In this document: positions 1 to 8,175 of the stretch, piece after piece | How positions within the stretch are numbered: the stretch's first letter is position 1 | Layout: every line of letters begins with the position of its first letter | NCBI GenBank assembly: GCA_031372065.1 | Contig: JANMKN010000019.1 | Coordinates: forward strand, 1 to 28,495 | Direction: 5' to 3' | Source of the DNA: Abditibacteriaceae bacterium | GTDB lineage: Bacteria > Armatimonadota > Abditibacteriia > Abditibacteriales > Abditibacteriaceae | DNA length: 28,495 bases | Position numbers and translations under genes: made by a program | The notes under the pieces: model-generated | Told to the model about the DNA's origin: nothing | Database searches by the model: none | The model's input: the letters and a program-made list of their open reading frames with translations, nothing else

Positions 1-1
1 C

Positions 2-574
2 ACTCAACTGGAGCGTTTGGGCGCTTATTTGGCGGGGCACTCACAATATGAATCGGCGATTGTCAGTCCGCCGGTGACCGCCGCGAACTGTGCCGCCGTT
101 TTGACGGTTTTGACGGATGCCATCGAAGCTGTCAACGATGCGCGCACCGTGCATAGGCAAGCCTTAGCCGTGGAATCAGGCGCCGACGACGCGCTGCGTC
201 GCCGTTTGCGCGGCCTGATTGGGGAATTGACTCAACTGATCGGCGATTTAAACCCCTTGTGGTATGAATTCGGCCTCAACGAACCGGGCGCGGTGGCTCA
301 ACCCGAAAAAGTGACGGGATTGGTGCTGTTGGGCGGCAGTTTGGGCGTGTTTCAACTCGATTGGGACAATGCCCATCGTGCCGAGCGTTATCATGTGTGG
401 CTGCAAATCGTCGGCACCGATACCGAGCCGCACCGCTACGACGAAGCGTTTTTAGTCAGTCAGGGCACGATAAGCGGCTTGAGTTCCGGCACATTAGTGC
501 GCGTTTTTGTGGTCGCCCTCAACGACGACGGCGCCGGCCCCGCCAGCGATACCATCGAAATCACGGTGCCGTAA
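2..574 (+). CDS. Fibronectin type III domain-containing protein (helical region plus C-terminal FN3), 5'-truncated by the window edge
   Basis: Frame is open from base 2 (TQLERLGAY...). The C-terminal ~95 aa show the FN3 pattern (PEKVTGL...LDWD...AERYHV...TISGLSSGTLVRVFVVALNDDGAGPAS). A terminator hairpin follows. Confidence 0.75.
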   Translation, partial: TQLERLGAYLAGHSQYESAIVSPPVTAANCAAVLTVLTDAIEAVNDARTVHRQALAVESGADDALRRRLRGLIGELTQLIGDLNPLWYEFGLNEPGAVAQPEKVTGLVLLGGSLGVFQLDWDNAHRAERYHVWLQIVGTDTEPHRYDEAFLVSQGTISGLSSGTLVRVFVVALNDDGAGPASDTIEITVP

Positions 575-586
575 AGTTCCAAACAG

Positions 587-625
587 CAAAACGCCGGGTC
601 AAACATGAATTGACCCGGCCTTTTT
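587..625. terminator. Probable bidirectional intrinsic terminator between convergent genes
   Basis: GCCGGGTCAA (593-602) and TTGACCCGGC (610-619) form a perfect 10-bp stem, with an A-run before it and TTTTT after it. Confidence 0.8.
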
Positions 626-636
626 GATTGGTGCGC

Positions 637-1032
637 TTACACTTTGGCAGTGCGGCGCATTTTGGTCACGGTAACGGTTGTCACTTTCACCACGCCGATT
701 TGTTGTTGCACGTTTTGCATGACGTTGTGCTGCGCGAGGACGGCGCGCTCGAAGCGTGCCCACGCGGTTTGCCATTCGGGTGAGGAAACCATCTTTTGCC
801 GCGCTAAAAAGTTCACGCACTCCATGTTGAGCGAATGCAGCAGTTGGTTTTCACCGCAATGGCGCCGCGAAATTTGTCCGGCGGCGGCGCATTGCAATTC
901 GCCTTCGAGAGCGAGCAAGGCATCATAGGCGTTCTCGACTTCCTCGTGCGCCTCCATAAATGCTTCCGGCCCGGTGACATCGCCGCATGGCGTGTCTTTG
1001 ATGCTGCGTTTTTTGCTTTTGTCTGCTGCCAT
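637..1032 (-). CDS. Hypothetical protein (131 aa, probably mostly helical)
   Basis: ATG preceded by GGAG. The ORF fills the gap between the EF-G paralogue and the terminator. A promoter-like TTGACG-17-CAATCT lies upstream. No recognisable motif. Confidence 0.55.
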   Translation of the reverse strand: MAADKSKKRSIKDTPCGDVTGPEAFMEAHEEVENAYDALLALEGELQCAAAGQISRRHCGENQLLHSLNMECVNFLARQKMVSSPEWQTAWARFERAVLAQHNVMQNVQQQIGVVKVTTVTVTKMRRTAKV

Positions 1033-1078
1033 TGTCCCATCACTCCACGTCGAAATCTATTGAAATTGTCGGCTAAAA

Positions 1079-1107
1079 AGATTGCCTTGCTTCACACGCC
1101 CCGTCAA
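1079..1107 (-). promoter_or_regulatory. Possible sigma70-type promoter for the 637-1032 ORF
   Basis: Minus strand TTGACG, 17-nt spacer, then a weak -10 (CAATCT). Confidence 0.3.
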
Positions 1108-1139
1108 GGCGATAGTTCCGTGGCAAATCCCCAGCAATC

Positions 1140-3188
1140 TCAATGCCCGCCGTTTTCGCGCGCCTTTTGATACTGGTCAATCAAAGGTTTGGCGGCGTTG
1201 TCGGGAACGGGCGCATAGTGCATGAATTGCTTGGTGAAGACGCCTTGCCCGTGCGTGATGGAGCGCAGCGTAATCGGGTAGGAAAGCAGCGAAGCATCGG
1301 GCACATAAGCGGTCACTTTCACGGTGCCGGTTTCGGTTGGCTCTCTGCCAAGAATCTGGCCGCGCCGTCCATTGAGGTCGCCGATGACATCGCCAATGTT
1401 GCCTTCCGGCACTTCCACTTCGACTTGCATGACAGGCTCTAACAAAACCGGCGCGGCTTCGCGTGTGCCGTTGCGCAGGCCAATGGCGCCCGCTTGTTTG
1501 AAGGTTTGATACGATGAATCTACATCGTGAAACTTGCCGTCGTAAAGCGTCACTTTGAGGTCAACAAGGGGAAAACCGGCCAAAGGCCCCTCATTTAACG
1601 CGCTGCGGATGCCTTCTTCGACGCCGGGAATAAAAGCGCGCGGCACCACGCCGCCGACGATTTTATCCACGAACTCAAAGCCGCTGCCGGGCAGTCCCGG
1701 TTCGACTTCCAATTTCACATCGGCGAACTGGCCGTGACCGCCCGACTGCTTTTTTAATTTGCCTTCGACCTGCACCTTTTTGCGCACCGTTTCGCGATAG
1801 GCGACTTTCGGCTCGAAGGTTTTTACACTCACGCCAAAGGCGCTTTGCAGGCGCGCAATTAGCATTTGCAGATGAATGTCGCCGAGGCCATACATCACGG
1901 TTTGATTGGTTTCGGCGTTGCGCTCGACGCGAAACGACGGGTCTTCATCGCACAGTTTGGCTATGGCTTCGTTCATTTTGTCATCGTCGCCGTGCGTGGC
2001 CGGTTCGATGGCTAAGGCATACAAACTTTCGGGATAATCGGGCGGCGCGAAATGCTTGCCGCTGGTAATGGTGGCGAGGCTTTGGTTGGTGTGCGTGTTT
2101 TTCAATTTCAAAAGCAGCGCGATGTCGCCCGCTTGCATGGACGAAACTTCGTTGAATTTGCGGCCAAACGGCGCGTAAAGATGCGCCATTTTTTCGTGCG
2201 CGCCATTTTCGAGATTAATCACATCGGCATCGCGCTTTAGCGTGCCCGAAACGATTTTGATAAAGGTTTCGCGGCCCGTATGCGCATCGGTGAGCGTTTG
2301 AAAAACAAAGCCTTGAAACGGCCCGTTCGGGTCGGCTTCGACGCCTTGAATGCCATGCGGCGGCACGCCACAGCTTTCGAGGCAATTCAACAAATTCTTC
2401 ACGCCGATCAGTTTTTGCGCGCTACCACACAAAACCGGCGCGATGCGGCCCGCGCTGACACAGCGACAAATCAACTCTTGCAGTTCGCCGGACGGAATAT
2501 CGCTGCCTTCGAGATATTTTTCCATCGCTCCATCGTCCACTTCGACGACAGCTTCAATCAATTGCGTGCGCAATTCGCCGATGCGCGCTTTGCAGCCATC
2601 GGGAACGGCTACTTCGGTGAGTTTTCCGGCTTTGTCTTCGTAGGCTTTGCCTTCGATGACATCAACCCAGCCGCGATGATCGGCTTCTTGGCCCAGCGGG
2701 TAGGTGAGCGCCACCACAGGCAGGTGCATTTTGTCGTGCAGCGAATCGAAAACGTTGTCGAAATTGGCGCGTTCGCGGTCAAGTTCGTTCACCCAAACAA
2801 AACACGCAAGGCCATGTGACCTCGCGTGTTTCGTATCGTGTTCCAAACCGATTTCAATGCCCGTGGTGGCGTTGGCGACCAAGACGACATTTTCCACAGC
2901 GTTCAGCGCGGACACCACCTTGCCAAAGAAGTCGGCATAGCCCGGCGTGTCGAGCAAGTTGATTTTCAGGCCGCCGTGTTCAAAGGACATCACGCTTGTG
3001 CCGACTGAACTTTTGCGCTTGATTTCTTCAGGCAGAAAATCGCTGATGGTGTTGCCATCGTCCACGCTACCCATGCGGTCACTGGCGCCCGCGATGTGCA
3101 AACACGCTTCGGCCAACGTCGTTTTCCCGGAGCCGCCATGCCCGGCCAAAGCCACATTCCTAATGGCGCCCGATGCATACTCTTTCAT
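1140..3188 (-). CDS. fusA2: Elongation factor G paralogue (EF-G II / EF-G2-like translational GTPase), 682 aa
   Basis: IRNVALAGHGGSGKTT, DTPGYADF, LCGSA, EDPSF..E.NQTV.G.G..HL, PKVAYRET, KKQSGGHGQF and FHDVDSS are all present, giving the full five-domain EF-G layout. The gene lies outside the str operon and has a GGAGG RBS. Confidence 0.93.
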   Translation of the reverse strand: MKEYASGAIRNVALAGHGGSGKTTLAEACLHIAGASDRMGSVDDGNTISDFLPEEIKRKSSVGTSVMSFEHGGLKINLLDTPGYADFFGKVVSALNAVENVVLVANATTGIEIGLEHDTKHARSHGLACFVWVNELDRERANFDNVFDSLHDKMHLPVVALTYPLGQEADHRGWVDVIEGKAYEDKAGKLTEVAVPDGCKARIGELRTQLIEAVVEVDDGAMEKYLEGSDIPSGELQELICRCVSAGRIAPVLCGSAQKLIGVKNLLNCLESCGVPPHGIQGVEADPNGPFQGFVFQTLTDAHTGRETFIKIVSGTLKRDADVINLENGAHEKMAHLYAPFGRKFNEVSSMQAGDIALLLKLKNTHTNQSLATITSGKHFAPPDYPESLYALAIEPATHGDDDKMNEAIAKLCDEDPSFRVERNAETNQTVMYGLGDIHLQMLIARLQSAFGVSVKTFEPKVAYRETVRKKVQVEGKLKKQSGGHGQFADVKLEVEPGLPGSGFEFVDKIVGGVVPRAFIPGVEEGIRSALNEGPLAGFPLVDLKVTLYDGKFHDVDSSYQTFKQAGAIGLRNGTREAAPVLLEPVMQVEVEVPEGNIGDVIGDLNGRRGQILGREPTETGTVKVTAYVPDASLLSYPITLRSITHGQGVFTKQFMHYAPVPDNAAKPLIDQYQKARENGGH

Positions 3189-3229
3189 ATTACAGCCTCC
3201 GTTTTCGGTGAGGGGATTGATTAAAAAGT

Positions 3230-3258
3230 ATTATAGCACCCGCCTGTTTCGCGGTCAC
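3230..3258 (-). promoter_or_regulatory. Sigma70-type promoter (extended -10) for the EF-G paralogue
   Basis: Minus strand GTGACC-17 nt-TATAAT, with TGn directly before the -10, about 40 nt upstream of the ATG. Confidence 0.6.
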
Positions 3259-3293
3259 GTTTTGAATTTCAAATTAACGGTAACAATAGAATC

Positions 3294-3599
3294 ATGAGTA
3301 ACAAAAAGTTAATGGCGTTAGTTTTCTTAGGCGGTGTCGGATGCTTTCTGACGTTCGGAAGTTTGATTGCCAGCAGCATCATTGGAATGCCTTTTGTCTT
3401 TTTGTTTATCACCACAATCTTCGTTTTCGCGAATTGGAAAGGCATGAAAGAAGGCGAGTGGCGCTGGTGGTGGATTCTTATTTGTTTACTTTTTTTATCC
3501 CTTCTGGCGGCCATTCTGTTTCCCGTCAGTCCTCGCCGACACCATCGCCTCCGGCCAGCGAAAACGCCTCTTCCGGCACCTCAAACCGGCTCCCGGTGA
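3294..3599 (+). CDS. Small membrane protein (about 3 TM helices) with a basic, Pro-rich tail
   Basis: Three hydrophobic stretches, the last ending in LLAAILFPV. The ORF fills the gap between the EF-G paralogue and serC. Confidence 0.65.
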   Translation: MSNKKLMALVFLGGVGCFLTFGSLIASSIIGMPFVFLFITTIFVFANWKGMKEGEWRWWWILICLLFLSLLAAILFPVSPRRHHRLRPAKTPLPAPQTGSR

Positions 3600-3680
3600 A
3601 AGAAATCGCATCTCCGCGTCGAGAAATGTTCTCTCTGGCTTAAGAAATGGCATCTGCGGGCCGCGAATGGCACTTCCGGC

Positions 3681-3686
3681 TATAAT
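3681..3686 (+). promoter_or_regulatory. -10 box for serC (very short leader)
   Basis: Perfect TATAAT 10 nt before the ATG at 3697, with no SD in between. Confidence 0.5.
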
Positions 3687-3696
3687 CTTTTGCGTT

Positions 3697-4773
3697 ATGG
3701 CACGGAATTACAATTTTAGCGCGGGGCCGGCGGCGTTGCCGGTTGCGGTTTTAGAAAAAGTAGCGGCGGAAATGGTCGAATTGCCCGGTGCGGGCGCTTC
3801 GATTATGGAAATCAGCCATCGTTCGAAGAAATTCGACGAAATCATCACGGGCGCCGAAGCAGGCATTCGCGCTTTGCTGGGCTTGCCCGAAGGCTATCAC
3901 GTTCTGTTTTTGCAGGGCGGCGCCAGTTTGCAGTTCGCGATGGCGCCGATGAACTTGCTGACCGGCGGCAAAAAAGCCGATTACATCATCACCGGCGCGT
4001 GGGGCCAAAAGGCCATCAAAGACGCCAAAATCTACGGCAATGTGCGCGTGGCGACCAGCACCAAAGACAGCAACTTTTCGGTTTTACCAAAAGCGCTCAA
4101 TTTGGACGCCGAGGCTGAATATGTTCATTTCACCAGCAACGAAACCATTCAAGGCGTGCAGTGGCAGCGCGAGCCGGAAACCGGCGATGTGCCGCTCATT
4201 TGCGATGCGTCGTCGGATATTCTCAGTCGCCCGATGGCGATTGAAAAATACGGCCTGATTTACGCGGGCGCACAAAAAAATATCGGGCCGTCCGGCGTGA
4301 CACTTGTCATTTTGCGCGAAGATTTGCTGCAAAAATGCGCCGGAGAGTTGCCTGCGATGCTCGATTATCGCGTGCAGGCCGAAAACAAATCGCTTTACAA
4401 CACGCCGAATACGTTTGGCATTTATTTTATTGGTTTGGTCTGCGACCATTTGAAATCGCTCGGCGGTTTGGCCGGAATGCAAGTCAAAAACGAAGAAAAA
4501 GCCAAACTGCTTTACGACACAATTGACGCCACCGATTTCTATAAAGGCCACGCCGCGCCCGATTGCCGCAGTCGCATGAATGTGACGTTTCGTTTGCCTT
4601 CGGAAGACCTCGAAAAGCAGTTCGCCAAAGAAGCTACCGCCTCAGGCATGGTGGAATTAAAAGGCCATCGCAGTGTCGGCGGCTTGCGCGCTTCGATTTA
4701 CAACGCCTTTCCGCGCGAAGGCGTGGTGGCGCTGACAGAATTTATGAAAGAATTCGAGCGCGTCAACGGCTGA
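3697..4773 (+). CDS. serC: Phosphoserine aminotransferase (358 aa; start moved to ATG 3697)
   Basis: YNFSAGPA, SIMEISHRS, LQGGASLQF, SNETIQG, DASSD, PLP-lysine motif GAQKNIGPSG, SLYNTP, KGHRSVGGLRASIYNA. Confidence 0.97.
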   Translation: MARNYNFSAGPAALPVAVLEKVAAEMVELPGAGASIMEISHRSKKFDEIITGAEAGIRALLGLPEGYHVLFLQGGASLQFAMAPMNLLTGGKKADYIITGAWGQKAIKDAKIYGNVRVATSTKDSNFSVLPKALNLDAEAEYVHFTSNETIQGVQWQREPETGDVPLICDASSDILSRPMAIEKYGLIYAGAQKNIGPSGVTLVILREDLLQKCAGELPAMLDYRVQAENKSLYNTPNTFGIYFIGLVCDHLKSLGGLAGMQVKNEEKAKLLYDTIDATDFYKGHAAPDCRSRMNVTFRLPSEDLEKQFAKEATASGMVELKGHRSVGGLRASIYNAFPREGVVALTEFMKEFERVNG

Positions 4774-4781
4774 TTTATAAC

Positions 4782-4814
4782 GCGGCAAGTGAGAAATCAC
4801 TTGCCGCTTTTTTT
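4782..4814 (+). terminator. Intrinsic terminator of serC, overlapping the 3' end of the convergent ankyrin gene
   Basis: GCGGCAAGTGA-GAAA-TCACTTGCCGC is a perfect 11-bp stem with a GNRA loop, followed by T7. Confidence 0.88.
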
Positions 4815-5333
4815 AGCTTGTTGAAGCATTTGAATGAGTTGTTCGTCGGTGCCTATTCTGGCGAATTGAGTTTTCGGCGGCCATTTCATGTAATCCAATG
4901 GTGTCATGCCTGCAACCTCGGCACTCGCATCGGCTCCATTTTTAAGTAGGATGTTAACCATGTCCGCACGCCGGAAGACGACGGCAATGTGCAAAGCGGT
5001 AACGCCTTCTTCCAATGTCCCATTGACCAGAATGCCTTTATTTATAATCGCCTGCACGGTTGCAGGATCGTTGTAAATTACGGCATCTACTAACCATTGA
5101 GTGCGCTCTTCATCAGTCCACTGGCTTACTGGTTGTCCGTCAACACCTTTCCCCTGTTTTAGAATTCTTAGATTTATTGCTTTGGCATCGCCTTTTCTAT
5201 CCGGCCCATAATTGAATTGTTCCCATGCCTCGGCGCGTTGGCGAAAACGGGTAAGGCACAGAGCAAATGCCAAAATACCCAGCGTTATCAGAAATGATGC
5301 GAGAACTAATCTGTTGCTGGTGTTTGATTTCAT
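4797..5333 (-). CDS. Membrane-anchored or exported ankyrin-repeat protein (178 aa)
   Basis: N-terminal hydrophobic helix. Ankyrin motifs GVTALHIAVVFRRADMVNILLKNGAD and GMTPLD. Confidence 0.85.
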   Translation of the reverse strand: MKSNTSNRLVLASFLITLGILAFALCLTRFRQRAEAWEQFNYGPDRKGDAKAINLRILKQGKGVDGQPVSQWTDEERTQWLVDAVIYNDPATVQAIINKGILVNGTLEEGVTALHIAVVFRRADMVNILLKNGADASAEVAGMTPLDYMKWPPKTQFARIGTDEQLIQMLQQAKKSGK

Positions 5334-5400
5334 GTTTATTGAATCAAGTTACAATCGCAGGTTTGTAAATCATGTTGGATGGTTTAAGAACAGTAGTGTT

Positions 5401-6537
5401 TTACAACGTAGGCACCGCAAATCCATTTTCGGTAACAGCCTGTTGGAAAATGGCTTCGTCAAGTTGCAATCCCCATCCGGGCGCGTTCGGCACACGAACG
5501 CGCCCGTTTTCAATTTTGTAAGCGTCGCCGTCAAGACCGGGCGTGGCGCATTCGTCCCATTCGGCGAAGGTGAAATTTTCGATAGCGCCCGCCAAATGGC
5601 ACGCCGCATAATTACCGAAATGACCGCCGTAGTGATGCGGCGCGCTGCGCACTTGTGAAATATCTAAAAGGCTGCCCAAATGAAGCCAATTGGTGAAACC
5701 GTAGCCGCCAATGTCGTATTGAATCACATCAATAATTCCCTCTTTAGCCCAACTCAAAAGGTGCTTTGAGGCGTCGCCTTCGCCATCGGCAATCAGAGTT
5801 TTGATTTCACGTTCGCTCATCCATTTTTTCAGTTTGCGATATAGTTCGGCGTCTTCGTGAAAGGCTTCTTCGACCCAGAAAATTTCGCAATCTGCCGTTT
5901 CCTCTAACACGCGCCGCGTAAGATTCAAATTGTAGCCGTTGTTGGCGTCAATCATAATTTTGCCTTCGCCAATCGCTTCGCGCACGGCGCGAATAATTTT
6001 AATATCGCGGCGCGTGCCCGCTTCCACTTCCATGTGGCGCCCACCGCGCCCGACTTTCAGTTTGAAATTGCTATGCCCGCGCGCCTTGCCTTCCATCGCT
6101 TCGGCAGCGATTAAAACGGCGGCTTCTTCGTCCGATGTCAAATGCAAATCGTCGAAGTAAAGCGAGGTGTCGTAACACGGTGCGCTGATGGATTCGGGCG
6201 TTTTGCCATTGACTGCGCAGGCCAATTGCCACACCGGTTTGTTCTCGATTTTGCCCACTAAATCCCACAGCGGAAATTCGATGCGTTCGCCCGCTGCGAT
6301 GACGCCTTGGTTCATGGAAAACAATTTCTCCATCGGCTCGCCAAGGAGCGCGACAGCGCGTTCGCGGCTTACCCCACAAGCGCCAAAACCTTGCGCACCC
6401 TCATTTGTGGTCAAGCGCGCCAACGCAACGCGAATGGTATCGCCGTGTGCATTTAATCGGGCATTGGCGCCTGCATGACGCGGACGTTTGCCTATTAAAT
6501 GTCCGGCTTCGATTCGGGTGATGGTAGAGGTGTTCAC
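5401..6537 (-). CDS. Mandelate racemase/muconate lactonising enzyme (enolase superfamily) protein; probable GTG start at 6537 (378 aa)
   Basis: FPLWDLVGK...PVWQL, KLKVG (KxK), metal-ligand segments IDANNG, WVEEAF and ADGE, and PHH. The GTG lies 4 nt after the upstream stop. Confidence 0.85.
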   Translation of the reverse strand: MNTSTITRIEAGHLIGKRPRHAGANARLNAHGDTIRVALARLTTNEGAQGFGACGVSRERAVALLGEPMEKLFSMNQGVIAAGERIEFPLWDLVGKIENKPVWQLACAVNGKTPESISAPCYDTSLYFDDLHLTSDEEAAVLIAAEAMEGKARGHSNFKLKVGRGGRHMEVEAGTRRDIKIIRAVREAIGEGKIMIDANNGYNLNLTRRVLEETADCEIFWVEEAFHEDAELYRKLKKWMSEREIKTLIADGEGDASKHLLSWAKEGIIDVIQYDIGGYGFTNWLHLGSLLDISQVRSAPHHYGGHFGNYAACHLAGAIENFTFAEWDECATPGLDGDAYKIENGRVRVPNAPGWGLQLDEAIFQQAVTENGFAVPTL

Positions 6538-6541
6538 GCGC

Positions 6542-7615
6542 TTAGTTTCGCATCCATTCGACTTCTTGGCGCACGGCTTTGGTGAGGCCATGCAACAACA
6601 ATCGCGCGGGTGGCTGGCGCGCAAAGGCGCCGCTGATGGCCCACAGCGTGGCGGGCGAAAACTGTTCTTCGTGCGAAATGGCCCAAATCGGCTCCCAGTC
6701 ATGCGGGCGAAATTTGGCTTTAAAATCTTCCAAGCCGCCGAAATTGTAAAAGCGCCGTCCGTGAGCGCGCACCCACGCCAATAAAATATGCAGCCAAAGC
6801 GGGTTGAAATCGGGCGGCGCGCCTTGCGAAGACAGCGGCACCAAACCCATCGTGACATATTGCGCGCCATCGTCGGCCAAAGTGCGAATGGCCGTGTCCA
6901 TCAAGAGTTCGATGGTGCCATTGGGCGCCTGCCAGCCGCGCACGAATTGCTCGGTCAGCCATCCGGCGCGTTGTGGGACGGGCGCCATGTTAAGAAAAGC
7001 CACGGGCACGCCATTTTTTTCGGCGATCCATAAACGCCTGTCGCCGGGCGCTGAAAGTGTGCGCGGCTCGACCAAAAAGTGCAGAGGTGGCAAGCCGCGC
7101 GTGTGCAGCCATTCGTTCAAAAGTCGTGTCAATTGCGGATGATTGCGCACCTTTTCGGCGGGCCATTCGGAAACATTCACGCCTTTATTGCGGGCGCGAT
7201 TCAATTGGGCGCGCAGTGATGCCACGCCATCAATAATGCCCGCCCATTCGTATGGTTTCCATACCGGTTGCGCGCCCAAAACCACCGAAGAATAAGCGGG
7301 ATTATCATCCAACAGCGCATTAATGCGGCCCGCCGCGCCAAAATAACAAACGCGCCGTCCGCGCCGCGCCGCTGCGCTTTCAAATTCGTGAATCACATCG
7401 GGCAAACGGTCTTCGTCGCAAACCGGTGCTCCGGCGACAACCCACACGCGACGATAAGGCACATAACCGACCACCGCATCGCCCGCGTGTGAAAACCACA
7501 GTGTCATGCCGGGATTGAGAATCTGGTAAACCGTGGCGTTCCAGCCATGAGCCATCACCAATTGGCGCGCTCGTTCGCATTGCGCATAGCGTTTCGATTG
7601 CCGCGAAGTTTTCAT
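6542..7615 (-). CDS. Stand-alone DUF2156 / aminoacyl-phosphatidylglycerol synthase (MprF C-terminal-like) domain protein
   Basis: VAGAPVC, LRAQLNRARNKGV, APNGTIELL, TMGLVPL and FYNFGGLEDFKAKFRP match the MprF/LPG synthase catalytic domain. No N-terminal multi-TM region. Confidence 0.85.
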   Translation of the reverse strand: MKTSRQSKRYAQCERARQLVMAHGWNATVYQILNPGMTLWFSHAGDAVVGYVPYRRVWVVAGAPVCDEDRLPDVIHEFESAAARRGRRVCYFGAAGRINALLDDNPAYSSVVLGAQPVWKPYEWAGIIDGVASLRAQLNRARNKGVNVSEWPAEKVRNHPQLTRLLNEWLHTRGLPPLHFLVEPRTLSAPGDRRLWIAEKNGVPVAFLNMAPVPQRAGWLTEQFVRGWQAPNGTIELLMDTAIRTLADDGAQYVTMGLVPLSSQGAPPDFNPLWLHILLAWVRAHGRRFYNFGGLEDFKAKFRPHDWEPIWAISHEEQFSPATLWAISGAFARQPPARLLLHGLTKAVRQEVEWMRN

Positions 7616-7719
7616 ATTGGTTATTTAGCGCAAGCGCGGCGCCAACACAAAAAAGCGCCGCTGTATTCGAAATCTCGATGCGGATGTTTTGTTTTCGTTA
7701 TAGTGGAGGTAGAGCGCCT

Positions 7720-7894
7720 ATGAAAATCCATTTTTTCTTGACCCTCGCCGTTTTATATTTGGCTGCCTTCTGCCGAGCCGCAGGAAGAAGAATTCATCAA
7801 GTTTTGCCGTTCCGAGCAGTGGACTTTTACGCCAGACAATCGCACTTTGCTTGGAGTGGAAGGCGACGAAATTTACTGGTGAAATGTGAAGTAG
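7720..7894 (+). pseudogene. Possible decayed gene for a secreted beta-propeller (WD40-like) protein
   Basis: GGAGGT RBS, then ATG and a signal-peptide-like MKIHFFLTLAVLYLAAF. The +1 frame reads ..EQWTFTPDNRTLLGVEGDEIYW*NVK*, which resembles a WD40 repeat but needs a frameshift and has two stops. Confidence 0.35.
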
Positions 7895-7932
7895 CGGATG
7901 CAAGTTGAAGGCGTAGGAGAGACAAAATCAGT

Positions 7933-8110
7933 AGTTGGTAACGACAGAAGGCGTCATAGTTGGTGCAGAAAGCGCTCTTGGAACCTCAGACGTGCCTCAT
8001 AGAACTTTAGCTGAGGTTCATAGAACTTTAGCCGAGGTTCATAGAACTTTAGCCGAGGTTCTTAAAGGTTTAGAAGACGCTCATAGAACGACAGAAGAGG
8101 CTCATAGAGG
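7933..8110. repeat. Degenerate 21-bp tandem repeat array (3 near-perfect units plus about 5-6 degenerate ones)
   Basis: TCATAGAACTTTAGCYGAGGT at 7997, 8018 and 8039. Degenerate in-phase units at 7976, 8060, 8081 and 8102, and related sequence back to about 7933. Confidence 0.9.
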
Positions 8111-8175
8111 TGCAACTTGTTCCAATAGTAAAGATTTGACCGGGCCACAAATAACCAACTGGATTTGATAGGTAG

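Noticed and set aside
6538..6870. 111-aa N-terminal extension of the enolase ORF, or a frameshift fusion with the DUF2156 gene
   Set aside because: It overlaps the conserved C-terminus of the DUF2156 gene in another frame and reads as non-protein-like. A GTG 4 nt after the DUF2156 stop explains the gene.
7933..8110. CRISPR array
   Set aside because: Units are head-to-tail 21-mers with no unique spacers, and no cas gene is in the window.
7935..8168. 77-aa HRTLAEV heptad ORF as a real gene
   Set aside because: TTG start with no convincing RBS. An open frame is expected from a repeat whose length is a multiple of 3. Kept only as a possibility under the repeat finding.
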